Positions 46,653 to 56,856 of a stretch of DNA of 64,000 nt are shown in pieces. Position numbers and translations under genes: made by a program. The stretch is from Lentisphaerota bacterium (GTDB lineage Bacteria; Verrucomicrobiota; Kiritimatiellia; UBA8416; VGWI01), in the NCBI GenBank assembly GCA_016873655.1, contig VGWI01000005.1, positions 1,455 through 65,454 on the forward strand. Direction: 5' to 3'. Numbering within the stretch: the stretch's first letter is position 1; every line of letters begins with the position of its first letter. The notes beneath the pieces were generated by a model. It worked only from the letters and a program-made list of their open reading frames with translations, did not search any database and was not told the origin of the DNA.

Positions 46653-48437
46653 TCAGCCGGCGTCCTCGGAAACACGCACAACTTCGTCAACAGTGGTGAC
46701 GCCCTCGGCCACCTTCTGCCACCCGTCGTCGCGGAGAGTCGTCAGCCCTTCCTCCATCGCGCGCTGGCGTATCTCGTGTGTGGGCCGCCTGCCGATCACC
46801 AGGGACTCAATCGCCTCGGTGACCTGCAGCAGCTCGAATATCCCGCTCCGGCCGCGGTAGCCGGTCCCGACGCACTTCTCGCAGCCGGCCGCCTCGAAAA
46901 TACGACCCGACTCCATCTTGTCGTCCGGGAAACCCACCGCGCGGAGCGACTCGATGTCCTTGTGCGCCTCGCGCCGGCACTCGGGACACAAACGACGCAC
47001 CAGCCGCTGCGCCACGACGGCCACCACGGCGGAAGCAACGAGGAACGGCTCCACACCCATGTCTATGAGCCGGGTAAAAGCGCCGGACGAGTCGTTCGTG
47101 TGCAGGGTGGAGAAAACAAGGTGGCCGGTAAGCGCCGCGCGGATCGCGATCTCCGCGGTCTCGGCGTCGCGGATCTCGCCCACCATCACCACGTCGGGGT
47201 CCTGGCGCAGGAACGACCTCAAGGCCCGGGCGAACGTAAGCCCTATATCGGGCCTGACAAGCACCTGGTTCACGCCGGCCATCTCGTACTCGATCGGGTC
47301 CTCGACGGTGAGTATCCGTTGATCAACGGTGTTGATCTCGTTGAGGAAGGCGTAGAGCGAGGTGCTCTTGCCGGAACCGGTCGGACCGGTGACGAGGATG
47401 ATCCCGCTGGGGCGGCTTATGAGTTTCTGTATACGCGCACGGTCGCGGTCGCAAAGCCCCAACTGCGTGATGGTCGCTATGCTGCCCTTGCGCTGGAGAA
47501 GCCGCAGGCTCACGCTCTCGCCATATACCGTCGGCATCGTTGAAACACGGATGTCGAGCTCCTCGCCCTTCACCCTCAACCCGATCCGGCCGTCCATGGG
47601 CAAACGCTTCTCGGCAATGTCAACGTTCGCCATGACCTTGATGCGCGAGATTATCGCGGCCTGGAACCGCGCAAGCTGGCCGGGGACCGGGGTCTGGTGC
47701 AGTACTCCGTCTATGCGGTAGCGGATCCGCAGCCGGTCCTCCATCGGCTCGAAGTGTATGTCCGTCGCGCCCTGTTCGTAGGCCTCAAGCACTATCTGGT
47801 TCACGAACTTGACGATCGAGGTCTCCTTGTCGGCGTCGTCGAGATCGGCTTTGGCAAGGGATTGGTCCGCGGCGACGTCGTAGCGGTCGTCGCGGATCAT
47901 GCTGTCCACGGTCTCGGCGCCGACACCGTAGAAACGGCGCGCGGCCTTGGCGATGTCGTCGGAGGTGCTGAGCCCCACACGCACGCGAGTGCCGGCGGCG
48001 ATCCGCAACGCCTCGGCAAGCCCCGGAAAGAACGGATCGTTCACCGCGGCCGTCAGCACGTTGTTCTCGAATGAAACCGGAAGCACCAGATACTGGAACA
48101 CCGCCTTGGTCGGAAGCCGGTCAAGCACCCCCTGCTCGATGTCGAGCGGCGCGAGGTCGATGAACTGCATGCCGAGCACGCCCGCCAGCGCCTTCAGCAG
48201 CGCTTCCTCCTGCGCATAGCCGCCGGCAACCAGCGCCCGCACAACTCCTTCGCCGCCTTCCCGGCGCGCGGCAAGAACAGCGTCGAGGTCAACACCGGAG
48301 AAAAGGCCGGTGCGGCGCAGGATCTCCGAGAGATGAGTTGTCTGGGATGCGCCCACGGACCGGATAATAACCGCAAGCACGCGGCGGCGTGAACGAAAAA
48401 CGGAGCAGCCCGCCGGCGCGCGGATGCCGGCAGGCAT
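46653..48437 (-). CDS. gspE: T2SS ATPase GspE
   Basis: Walker A GPTGSGKST, Asp box, Walker B, the His box, and a tetracysteine motif (CPECR...CEKC). The exact start is uncertain. Confidence 0.9.
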   Translation of the reverse strand: MPAGIRAPAGCSVFRSRRRVLAVIIRSVGASQTTHLSEILRRTGLFSGVDLDAVLAARREGGEGVVRALVAGGYAQEEALLKALAGVLGMQFIDLAPLDIEQGVLDRLPTKAVFQYLVLPVSFENNVLTAAVNDPFFPGLAEALRIAAGTRVRVGLSTSDDIAKAARRFYGVGAETVDSMIRDDRYDVAADQSLAKADLDDADKETSIVKFVNQIVLEAYEQGATDIHFEPMEDRLRIRYRIDGVLHQTPVPGQLARFQAAIISRIKVMANVDIAEKRLPMDGRIGLRVKGEELDIRVSTMPTVYGESVSLRLLQRKGSIATITQLGLCDRDRARIQKLISRPSGIILVTGPTGSGKSTSLYAFLNEINTVDQRILTVEDPIEYEMAGVNQVLVRPDIGLTFARALRSFLRQDPDVVMVGEIRDAETAEIAIRAALTGHLVFSTLHTNDSSGAFTRLIDMGVEPFLVASAVVAVVAQRLVRRLCPECRREAHKDIESLRAVGFPDDKMESGRIFEAAGCEKCVGTGYRGRSGIFELLQVTEAIESLVIGRRPTHEIRQRAMEEGLTTLRDDGWQKVAEGVTTVDEVVRVSEDAG

Positions 48438-48464
48438 CGGGAAATGGGCAGGCGGCGGGCGGCG

Positions 48465-49460
48465 TCAGAACCCCTGCCGTCTGCCCCATGCGGCCAGCAA
48501 CCTGTCGAATACCGCCGAGACGGCCGGGTCAACCGACTGCCTGGCCGGGTCCTCGCGGAACCACCTGACCGACTCGCGGATGCCGTCCCTGAACAGGGTA
48601 TTGCACCGGAACCCCGGCACCGCGGCCTTGATCTTTGAGTTGTCGAAGACGCCGGGCTCGGCCTTGTCGCCCTTCAGCCTGGCAACCATGTCGGGTTCGA
48701 CGTTGCAGATGAAATCCGTCGGCATCGAGACAATCCTCGGATGCATCGCGCCGACCGCGGCGACGGTCTCGGAGTATATCTGCGACCAGGTCAGATGCTC
48801 GTCGGTCGTTATGTGGTACGCCTCGCCGATGGCATCCTTCAGGCCCGTCAACCCCGCAAGCCCGGCGGCAAAATCCGATGCGGCGGTAATCGCCCATGGA
48901 GTCCGGCCGCCGTCGTGGATGAATACCGGCTCTCCCCGCTCAAGCCGCGCGGCGAAGGTGTAACCGGCGCTCGTCACCGGGTTCGGAATCCACCGGTTCG
49001 AATAGGTGTGCGAAGGCCGCACGATCGTCACGGGAAATCCGGACTTCACGTGCCTGGCCATCAGCCACGCCTCGCACTGCTCCTTGTCGCGCGCGTACTG
49101 CGAGAACGGATTCCCCAGCCGCGAGGTCTCGCGGATAGGCAGCTCGCGGTGAGGTTTGGCATAGACTGTGGCGGAACTGATGAAGATGTACTGCGAGACC
49201 CGGCCGCTCAGAAGCTCGAAGTCGGTCTTGACGTCGGGAACCGTGTAGCCGAGGAAATTCACCGCGGCGTCAAACTCGAGCCCGCCCAGCGCGGCGGCCA
49301 TGGAGTCCCGGCTGCCCCTGTCGGCGACAAGCGGCCTGGCGCCGGCCGCCACAGGACGCTTCCCGCGAGTCAGGATCCATACCTCGTCGCGCCGCGCGAG
49401 CAGCCTCTCAACGGTCGCCGAGGAGATGTTGCCGCTGCCGCCTATGACCAGAACCTTCAT
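48465..49460 (-). CDS. NAD-dependent epimerase/dehydratase family protein
   Basis: MKVLVIGGSGNISS Rossmann motif and YxxxK (YARDK). I chose the start at 49460 over the track start at 49571. Confidence 0.8.
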   Translation of the reverse strand: MKVLVIGGSGNISSATVERLLARRDEVWILTRGKRPVAAGARPLVADRGSRDSMAAALGGLEFDAAVNFLGYTVPDVKTDFELLSGRVSQYIFISSATVYAKPHRELPIRETSRLGNPFSQYARDKEQCEAWLMARHVKSGFPVTIVRPSHTYSNRWIPNPVTSAGYTFAARLERGEPVFIHDGGRTPWAITAASDFAAGLAGLTGLKDAIGEAYHITTDEHLTWSQIYSETVAAVGAMHPRIVSMPTDFICNVEPDMVARLKGDKAEPGVFDNSKIKAAVPGFRCNTLFRDGIRESVRWFREDPARQSVDPAVSAVFDRLLAAWGRRQGF

Positions 49461-49629
49461 GCCGTTTACCCCGCTGCCGGAAAGAGGAAACCGCATTCTA
49501 TCCGGCATCCCGGCAAACTCAAGCCGCGCCTGCCTGCAGCCTGCGTCTGCCGGCGGCCGGACATGCGGCATTGACTCTGCCGCCTCCCTTCTGCAACCTC
49601 ACGGTATCGTTAACCGAAAGGACTCAGCC

Positions 49630-50157
49630 ATGAAGCGAGCCGCCTTCCCGCCAGCCGATCTCCTCGTCCGCCCACACGAACTCTGGTCGCGCCGCTGGCT
49701 TCTTCTCGCCGCCGGCAGCCTTGAAAAGAACGATTTCAACGCGATGACCGTCGGATGGGGCAGCTTCGGCACGATGTGGAACAAGCCGTTCGCCCAGATC
49801 GTCGTGCGCCCCACGCGCCATACGTTCGCCTTCCTCGAGAAATACCCGACCTTCACACTGTCGGCGTTCACGGAAGAGCAGCGCCCGGCCCTGCAATTGA
49901 CGGGCAGCAGGTCCGGCCGCGATTGCGACAAGATCGCCGAGTCCGGGCTCCACGTTGAGCCGTCGGCGAAGGTTGACGCGCCGTCGTTCACCGAGGCGGA
50001 GCTGGTGATCGAATGCCGCACCATCTACCGCGCCGACTTCGACCCGGCCGCGTTCGGCGACCTGTCAATCGAGCGCAACTACCCGAAGAAGGACTACCAC
50101 AGGAGCTACTTCGGCGAAATCGTGGCCGCTTCGGCCGTCCCACGGCACTACCGCTGA
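49630..50157 (+). CDS. flavin reductase-like (FMN-binding split-barrel) protein
   Basis: 175 aa from the ATG at 49630. NAMTVGWGSFGTMWNKPF resembles flavin-reductase-domain proteins. The upstream part of the track ORF is antisense to the epimerase gene. Confidence 0.6.
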   Translation: MKRAAFPPADLLVRPHELWSRRWLLLAAGSLEKNDFNAMTVGWGSFGTMWNKPFAQIVVRPTRHTFAFLEKYPTFTLSAFTEEQRPALQLTGSRSGRDCDKIAESGLHVEPSAKVDAPSFTEAELVIECRTIYRADFDPAAFGDLSIERNYPKKDYHRSYFGEIVAASAVPRHYR

Positions 50158-50699
50158 ACCGCCCGGTATTCGCGGACCTCTTCGAGCGGCCTGCGCGCGG
50201 AAGGAAGCGCCGGCGGCTCGTCAGCCGCGTAGCCCAGCGAAAAAACCACGTCTATTCGCGCGCGGCGCGGAAGCCCGAGCGCCTTCTTCACCCCCGCCGC
50301 GCTGAACCACCCCAGCCAGCACGTCCCCAGCCCCTCCGCCGCGGCCTGAAGCGCGAAATGCTCACCCGCAATCCCGATGTCCACCAGGTTGTACCGCACC
50401 CCGCGCAGCAGGCCGCCCACCCTTGCCGCAACCTTTGACGGCAAAGTGACAACCACGACGAGAACCGGCGCGCTCTTCGCAAACCCGTTCATCGCGTACG
50501 CGCCGGTGAACGCGGCTTCGGCCAGGAGAGCACGGCTCTCTGGATCGTCCACCACGATGAAATGCCACGGCTGCGAGTTGCAGGCCGACGGCGCAAGCCG
50601 CGCAGCCTCGATGCAGCGGTCCACGACCTCCCGCGGAACCGGCCTGTCCGAGTACCGCCGCACACTCCGCCTCGCCTTGATCACCGCCTCCAGTTCCAT
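50148..50699 (-). CDS. nitroreductase-family protein
   Basis: IKARRSVRRYSDRPV and APSACNSQPW are nitroreductase motifs. 183 aa. Confidence 0.8.
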   Translation of the reverse strand: MELEAVIKARRSVRRYSDRPVPREVVDRCIEAARLAPSACNSQPWHFIVVDDPESRALLAEAAFTGAYAMNGFAKSAPVLVVVVTLPSKVAARVGGLLRGVRYNLVDIGIAGEHFALQAAAEGLGTCWLGWFSAAGVKKALGLPRRARIDVVFSLGYAADEPPALPSARRPLEEVREYRAVQR

Positions 50700-50777
50700 A
50701 CCCGTCCCCCGTTCAATCCGCCCCTTACCGCGTCCCGCCGAGGAAATGCCCTGGGCAGTGAGACTCTGGCGCTTCCG

Positions 50778-51161
50778 CTAACGACCGGAGGTACGCCGCA
50801 CCGTCGGGGCTTCGTTCTCTCCGTACGGCACCCTCTCCTCCCGCAGCAGATGCACGCAATGCTCATTGAGGCTCTCACCATGGCGCATCGCGCCGATGGC
50901 CAGGGGCTTGTGCAGATCCCGACCCACGCGGACAACAAACTTCCCTGAGTATTCCCTTCCGGCTGTCGCTTCCGGGAGCGGCCGACCATCCTGTTCATGG
51001 ATGTCGATCCACTCTTCGACTGCCTGACAAAGCTCCTTGTATACCTTGGTCTCGTCATCTCCGTGGATGCCGCCAAGCATAAGCCCGGGACACGTCCCAA
51101 CATAGCACCGGTCTTCTTCCGACCACTCGACTATCTTGAGGTATTGATCCCCCGCTTTCAT
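50778..51161 (-). CDS. hicB: HicB-family antitoxin (orphan)
   Basis: The YLKIVEWSEEDRCYVGTCPGL....IHGDDE..VYKEL..AVEEWI HicB fold pattern plus a C-terminal RHH-like SGKFVVRVGRDLHKPLAIGAMRHGESLNEH. No hicA is nearby. Confidence 0.7.
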   Translation of the reverse strand: MKAGDQYLKIVEWSEEDRCYVGTCPGLMLGGIHGDDETKVYKELCQAVEEWIDIHEQDGRPLPEATAGREYSGKFVVRVGRDLHKPLAIGAMRHGESLNEHCVHLLREERVPYGENEAPTVRRTSGR

Positions 51162-51229
51162 TCCACAAACCCCACGGGACTGCGAATGCGATGCAGTCAT
51201 GGCCGATCCGGGGCTATAGTATACAGCAC

Positions 51230-52138
51230 ATGATCATAAGCGCCAGCCGCAGGACGGACATTCCGGCATTCTACCCGGACTGGTTCATGAACCGGGTGCG
51301 CGCAGGCTCGTGCGTCGCCGTGAACCCGTTCAACCCGAGCCAACGCCGCGTAGTGTCGCTCCAGCCCGGCGATGTCGAGGCCGTCGTCTTCTGGACCAGG
51401 AACCCCGAGCCGCTTGAACAATACCTGCATGAACTCGACCGGCTCGGGATCGGGTACGTCTTTCTGTTCACCCTGAACGCCTACCCCGCCTGCCTCGAAC
51501 CGGGCGCCCCCGGCCCCGACAGGGCAGTCCGGACCTTCCGCCGCCTGTCCGCATGCCTCGGCCCGCAAAGAATGGCATGGCGCTACGACCCGATCATCCT
51601 CTCGCGCGACCTCGACGCCGCATGGCACGCTGCACGGTTCGACGAACTCGCCTCCGCACTGGAAGGCGCGGCATCAAGGGCAATCACCAGCTTCCTCGAC
51701 ATGTACCGCAAAACCGCGCGCCGCCTCCGGGCTCTGAAGGACAACCTGCCGGATATACACCCCGACCCCGCATCGCATCCGGCGGCGCCGGAACTTCTAC
51801 GGACCATGGCCGCTTCGGCGCGGAAACACGGCATGGCCCTCCAGACCTGCTGCGAACCGGGCGACTTCACCGCCTCCGGCTCCCGGCCCGGCGCATGCGT
51901 GGACGCCGCATGGCTCTCCGCCGCCCTCGGCCGGCCCGTTGCCGGCGGCCGCGACCAGGGCCAGCGCCCCGCCTGCCTGTGCTCCCTTTCCGTGGATATC
52001 GGCGCCCCGGACACCTGCCTGCACGACTGCGCATACTGCTACGCCACCTCGTCCCGCAAAGCCGCCATCAACGCCTTCTCCGCCCGCGATCCCGCATCCC
52101 CGTCCCTCCGCCCCGACCGTTCCGGCCGCAGCGGGTAA
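51230..52138 (+). CDS. DUF1848-domain protein
   Basis: The MIISASRRTDIPAFYPDWFMNRV N-terminus matches my recollection of DUF1848, with a C-terminal Cys cluster (CLCSLSVDIGAPDTCLHDCAYCY). Confidence 0.65.
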   Translation: MIISASRRTDIPAFYPDWFMNRVRAGSCVAVNPFNPSQRRVVSLQPGDVEAVVFWTRNPEPLEQYLHELDRLGIGYVFLFTLNAYPACLEPGAPGPDRAVRTFRRLSACLGPQRMAWRYDPIILSRDLDAAWHAARFDELASALEGAASRAITSFLDMYRKTARRLRALKDNLPDIHPDPASHPAAPELLRTMAASARKHGMALQTCCEPGDFTASGSRPGACVDAAWLSAALGRPVAGGRDQGQRPACLCSLSVDIGAPDTCLHDCAYCYATSSRKAAINAFSARDPASPSLRPDRSGRSG

Positions 52139-52212
52139 CCCCCGCTGTTTTTCTCTTGCCCCGTGAGCGAACCTGATGCATTATGCGCGCTTCGTTGCAG
52201 GTTCATGCACAA

Positions 52213-53040
52213 ATGATCATACAGGAAAACACAGGCCTGGCGGCGGAACGGCTGCAGAAGATCCGCGATTTCCTGCGCCTGCGCCGCGCGGCGCGTGTCG
52301 CGGAACTGCGCCGGGCGCTGGGAGTGTCGTCCGCCACCGTCCGGCGCGACCTCGCGGAGCTTGAGGCGGTCGGCCAGGTGAAGCGCGTCCACGGCGGCGC
52401 GGTTGGCGTCGAGGGCCGGCTGGAGGAGCCGCTTTTCGACGACAAGGCCTCAATCGCGTCGGCGGAGAAGCGTGCAATCGCCGGGGCGGCCCTGGCGTGC
52501 GTGAAAGCGAACATGTCGGTCTTTCTGGACGGCGGGAGCACGGTGCTGCTCCTGGCGGAGCTGCTTGCGGGCCGCGCCGACATCACCGTGGCGACGAATT
52601 CCCTGCGCGTGGCCGGCGTTCTTTCCGCGGCCGGCCCGCACCTGATCCTGATCGGCGGCGAGCTTCGCAGAAAGAGCCAGACGTTCGTCGGCCCCCTGAC
52701 GGAGCCTGTGGTGGAAAACCTGCGGTTCGACCTGGCATTCATGGGAACGATGGGGCTTTCGGCGGAAGACGGGCTGACGACCACCGATCCGCACGAGGCA
52801 TTCACCAAGGGCCGGGTCATGGGAAGGTCGCGCCAGGTCGTGCTGCTGGCGGACAGCAGCAAGATAGACGCTGTCTCGTTCGTTTCTTTCGCAAAAGTAA
52901 GTGAGATTGGCACGCTGATCACCGACGCGCATGCACGCGCGGCGTCGGTGCGCGAGTTCCGTAAACTGGGTGTGAACGTCGTGCTTGCCGGATCGCGGCG
53001 GACAAGAAACGCCGCGGCGGCTGCGCGCAAAGGAGAGTGA
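52213..53040 (+). CDS. DeoR-family transcriptional regulator
   Basis: HTH ERLQKIRDFLRLRRAARVAELRRALGVSSATVRRDLAELE plus a sugar-phosphate-binding DeoR C-domain. An alternative ATG is at 52183. Confidence 0.85.
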   Translation: MIIQENTGLAAERLQKIRDFLRLRRAARVAELRRALGVSSATVRRDLAELEAVGQVKRVHGGAVGVEGRLEEPLFDDKASIASAEKRAIAGAALACVKANMSVFLDGGSTVLLLAELLAGRADITVATNSLRVAGVLSAAGPHLILIGGELRRKSQTFVGPLTEPVVENLRFDLAFMGTMGLSAEDGLTTTDPHEAFTKGRVMGRSRQVVLLADSSKIDAVSFVSFAKVSEIGTLITDAHARAASVREFRKLGVNVVLAGSRRTRNAAAAARKGE

Positions 53041-53043
53041 ACG

Positions 53044-55338
53044 ATGCCGAACTACCTGAGCAACATGAGACCCGATTTCAAACCACGCACTGTGCAGTGC
53101 GGCAAGATCCCGTGCTACCAGTACAGGGGATCGCTGAAGGACGCGGTCGCCGACGGTTCGTTGTCGAAACAGACCGCGATCGACATGCTGGAGGACATGC
53201 TGACGATCCGCGAGTTCGAGGAGATGATCGTCAAGCTGCGCTCCGGCGCGTATGAGCCGACGCCGACATACAACTACCGCGGCCCGACCCACGTCTCCAT
53301 CGGGCAGGAGGCGACTTCCGTCGGAGCCTGCTTCGGGATCGCGCCGGACGACTACATAACCTCGACCCACCGCGGCCACGGCGACAGCATCGCCAAGGGC
53401 TGCGCGGCAATTCGCGCCATGGATGTGGAGGACCTCCAGGCCCGCGTGCCGGACGCGAAAGCGAAGTCCCGCAAGGAACTTGTTGAAGCGGCGCTGGAAG
53501 ACCATGTGTACCGGACCATAGCGGAGCTCTTCGGCAAGGAGGACGGCTACTGCAAGGGCCGGGGCGGCGGGATGCACATCGCGGACTTCAAGGTGGGCCA
53601 CCTCGGCGCCAACGCAATCGTGGGCGGCGGAGTGCCGATAGCCACCGGCGCCGCGACCGCGGCCCGCTACCTCGGCGACGGGATCGTGACCTGCTGCTTC
53701 GCCGGCGACGGCGCCTATGCAAACGGCGTCGTGCTGGAATCGCTGAACTGGGCCGCGATGGGCCAGTTCACGAACGCGCTGGCAAAGGACAAGGCGTTCG
53801 GCCTGCCGGTGATCTACCTCATAGTGAACAACCACTACGGCATGACCCACCGCTCAGACGACGAGGTGATGGGAGTCGAGTTCATGTCGCGCCGGGCCGC
53901 CGGGTTCGCAGACAACAACATGCACGCGGAAACCGTGAACGGCATGGACGTGATGGCCGTGCGCGACGCGGTGATGCGCGCGGCGGAAGGGTGCCGCAAG
54001 GGCAAGGGGCCGTACCTGGTTGAGCTGGACACCTACCGCTACTACGGCCACTCGCTGAGCGACCCGCGCAACGAATACAGGACGAAGGACGAGGAAATGG
54101 CGTGGAAGGCGGTGGACCCCGTCGAGACGTTCGAGCGGGACCTGCTCGAAGCGAAGGTCGTCTCGCCGGCTAAGCTGAACGCACTCCGGCAGAAGGTGGC
54201 CGACCGCAACGCGCGCGCCGCGAAGAAAGCGGCTGACGCGGCCGACCCGAACCCGGCCGACGTCATCAAGTACATGTACACCGACACCGCGGCCGACAAG
54301 GTGCCGGAGCGCTTCGCCAAGGTGGAAATCGTGAAGGAGGCGCCGGTGATCAAGCGCACCGACGCCGGGGAATTGACCTACAAGGACGCGATCAAGGAGG
54401 CGCTGTTCGAGGAAATGCTCCGCGACGGACGCGTCATCCACTACGGAGAGGACATCTCCGACTACGGCGGGGCGTTCAAGGTGACCAAGGGCCTGCTGGA
54501 GGCGTTCGGCCGCCAGCGCGTGTTCAACTCCCCCATCTCAGAGGCTGCGCTGTGCGGCGTGGCGGTGGGCGCGGCGATGACGGGCCTGAGGCCGGTGGTG
54601 GAGCTGATGTACATGGACTTCTGCCTCATGGCGTCGGACCAGATCAGCAACCAGGCGGCGAAGTGGCACTATATGTCCGGCGCATGCGCCGAGATCCCCC
54701 TCGTCTATCGCGCGTCGGTCGGCGGCGGCAAGGGCTATGGCGGCCAGCATTCGCAGACGCTGGAGTCGGTCTTCGCCCACATCCCGGGCCTCTACGTCGT
54801 CTACCCGGCCACGCCGTACGACGCGAAGGGCATGCTGAAATCGGCGATCAGGGACAATAACCCCATCCTCTTCGTGGAATCCCAGCTCCTCTACGGCAAC
54901 AAGGGGGTCGTCCCGCGGGAGGAATACCTGATCCCGCTCGGAACGGCGGACGTGAAACGTCAGGGCAAGGACCTGACGATCGTGTGCTGGGGCCCGGCGG
55001 TCCTGGATTCCCTCGCGGCGGCGGAAATGCTGGAGAAGGAATCCGGAGTCAGCGTCGAGGTGCTCGACCTGCGCTCGCTCGTTCCTCTGGACGAGGCGGC
55101 GATCCTCGAATCGGTCCGCAAGACCGGCCGCTGCGTGGTGGCCAGCCAGTGCATCACGATAGGCAGCTACATGGGCGACATCACGTCACTCATCATGGAG
55201 AAGGCGTTCGACTCACTCGACGCCCCGGTCGTCCGCGTGGGCGCGAAGAACGGCATCGCCCCGCAGTCGCACATCCTGGAAGCGGCGTTCCTGCCGAACG
55301 CAAAGGATATCGCGGCGGCGGCGCGCGGCATTCTGTGA
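53044..55338 (+). CDS. fused E1 alpha-beta subunit of a 2-oxoacid (pyruvate/acetoin-type) dehydrogenase
   Basis: 764 aa. The N-terminal half has the TPP motif (GDGAYANG...N). The C-terminal half is a transketolase-like pyrimidine-binding domain (FNSPISEAALCG). Confidence 0.85.
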   Translation: MPNYLSNMRPDFKPRTVQCGKIPCYQYRGSLKDAVADGSLSKQTAIDMLEDMLTIREFEEMIVKLRSGAYEPTPTYNYRGPTHVSIGQEATSVGACFGIAPDDYITSTHRGHGDSIAKGCAAIRAMDVEDLQARVPDAKAKSRKELVEAALEDHVYRTIAELFGKEDGYCKGRGGGMHIADFKVGHLGANAIVGGGVPIATGAATAARYLGDGIVTCCFAGDGAYANGVVLESLNWAAMGQFTNALAKDKAFGLPVIYLIVNNHYGMTHRSDDEVMGVEFMSRRAAGFADNNMHAETVNGMDVMAVRDAVMRAAEGCRKGKGPYLVELDTYRYYGHSLSDPRNEYRTKDEEMAWKAVDPVETFERDLLEAKVVSPAKLNALRQKVADRNARAAKKAADAADPNPADVIKYMYTDTAADKVPERFAKVEIVKEAPVIKRTDAGELTYKDAIKEALFEEMLRDGRVIHYGEDISDYGGAFKVTKGLLEAFGRQRVFNSPISEAALCGVAVGAAMTGLRPVVELMYMDFCLMASDQISNQAAKWHYMSGACAEIPLVYRASVGGGKGYGGQHSQTLESVFAHIPGLYVVYPATPYDAKGMLKSAIRDNNPILFVESQLLYGNKGVVPREEYLIPLGTADVKRQGKDLTIVCWGPAVLDSLAAAEMLEKESGVSVEVLDLRSLVPLDEAAILESVRKTGRCVVASQCITIGSYMGDITSLIMEKAFDSLDAPVVRVGAKNGIAPQSHILEAAFLPNAKDIAAAARGIL

Positions 55339-55437
55339 TTGGCCGGCGGCCGTGAAAACGGCCGCGATTGTTGATGTGTTTGCCCGCGCCGCGGCAAAGC
55401 CGCCGCCCGCGCGGATCCTGGAAAGGTGGAAAACAAA

Positions 55438-56856
55438 ATGGCACAAGCCGTGGCTATGCCCAAGTTCGGGCAGATGGTTGAGGAATCGTCCATCGTCAAG
55501 TGGCACAAGAAGGAAGGCGACTCCGTCCGCAAGGGCGAGATCCTGTTCGAGATCGAGACCGACAAGGCGGTGATGGAGGTCGAAAGCTTCTTCGAAGGCA
55601 CACTCCTGAAGATACTGGTGAAGGAGAACGTGTCCGTCCCGGTCTCATCGGTGGTCGGCTACATAGGCACGCCGGGCGAAGCCATACCGGCAACACCACC
55701 CCCCACCGCGGCGGCGGCACCGGTCCCGCCGCAAACACCGGCGCCCGCGCAGCCGGCAAAGCCGCAGCCTGCGCCGGTCCAGCAGGCGTCCGCAGCCCTG
55801 CCCGCAGTTGCGCCGCGCGCGCCCGCCTCCGTGCGCCCCGACGGGCTTGTCCCGTCGGACGCAAAGGTCACACCGGGCGCCCGCGCGCCCGCCCCGGCCC
55901 TGCCTGCCGCGCCCGCGCGGCAGATCATCTCGCCGAGGGCGAAAGCGCTGGTGAAGAGAAGCTGCATTGACCCGTCGCCCATCGCCGGATCAGGCCCGGG
56001 TGGACGTGTGCAGGAACGCGACGTGCGCGCCTACATGGAAAGCCGCAATTACTCCGCGATCCGCATCAGCCCGGCGGCAAAGAAGCTCGCCGCCGCCAGG
56101 GAGGTGGACATCCTCCGCGTCCGCGGAACCGGCGCCGGCGGCCGCATCATGATCCACGACGTGGAACGCGCTGTCGCGGAAAGACCGCGCGCCCTTACGA
56201 AGATGCGCCAGGTGATAGCCCGCCGCCTTACGGAGAGCTTCACCACCACGCCGCACTTCTACGTGACGGTCGCGGCGGACATCACCGACCTGCTCGTGTT
56301 CAGGAAAGACCTGAAGAACCGCGGGGAAGTGTACACCGTGACGGACTTCGTGCTGGAAGCGGTCATCATGTCCCTGCAGGAGTTCCCGATCCTCAACAGC
56401 GTGTGTGACGGCCGCACCGTGCGCTGGCACGGCAGCGTTGACCTCGGCATGGCTGTGTCGCTGGAGGACGGGCTGGTCGTGCCCGCGATCCGCAACGCGC
56501 AGGATCTGGGGATGCGGGAGCTGCACGACACCGCGGCTTCGCTCGCCGCGCGGGCAAGGGAAGGCAAACTCACTCCCGACGAGATGACGGGCAGCACGTT
56601 CACAGTCTCCAACATGGGCATGCTGGATGTGGACACCTTCCACGCGATCATCAACCCGGGCGAGGCCGGGATACTGGCCGTGGCAACCGCGCGGGATCGC
56701 GTGGTAGCCCGGAACGGGAAAATGGAAATACGCTCGATGATGAACATGACGCTGTCGGTTGACCACAGGATCGTTGACGGGTCGCTGGCGGCGGATTTCG
56801 TGAACGCAATCCGGAAGAAGCTGGAGGATGTGGCTCTATGGACAAGTTTGACGTAG
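55438..56856 (+). CDS. dihydrolipoamide acyltransferase (E2)
   Basis: Lipoyl domain (EIETDKAVMEVE), an Ala/Pro linker, a peripheral-subunit-binding domain, and a catalytic domain with DHRIVDG. The ATG at 55438 follows AAGGTGGA. Confidence 0.9.
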   Translation: MAQAVAMPKFGQMVEESSIVKWHKKEGDSVRKGEILFEIETDKAVMEVESFFEGTLLKILVKENVSVPVSSVVGYIGTPGEAIPATPPPTAAAAPVPPQTPAPAQPAKPQPAPVQQASAALPAVAPRAPASVRPDGLVPSDAKVTPGARAPAPALPAAPARQIISPRAKALVKRSCIDPSPIAGSGPGGRVQERDVRAYMESRNYSAIRISPAAKKLAAAREVDILRVRGTGAGGRIMIHDVERAVAERPRALTKMRQVIARRLTESFTTTPHFYVTVAADITDLLVFRKDLKNRGEVYTVTDFVLEAVIMSLQEFPILNSVCDGRTVRWHGSVDLGMAVSLEDGLVVPAIRNAQDLGMRELHDTAASLAARAREGKLTPDEMTGSTFTVSNMGMLDVDTFHAIINPGEAGILAVATARDRVVARNGKMEIRSMMNMTLSVDHRIVDGSLAADFVNAIRKKLEDVALWTSLT

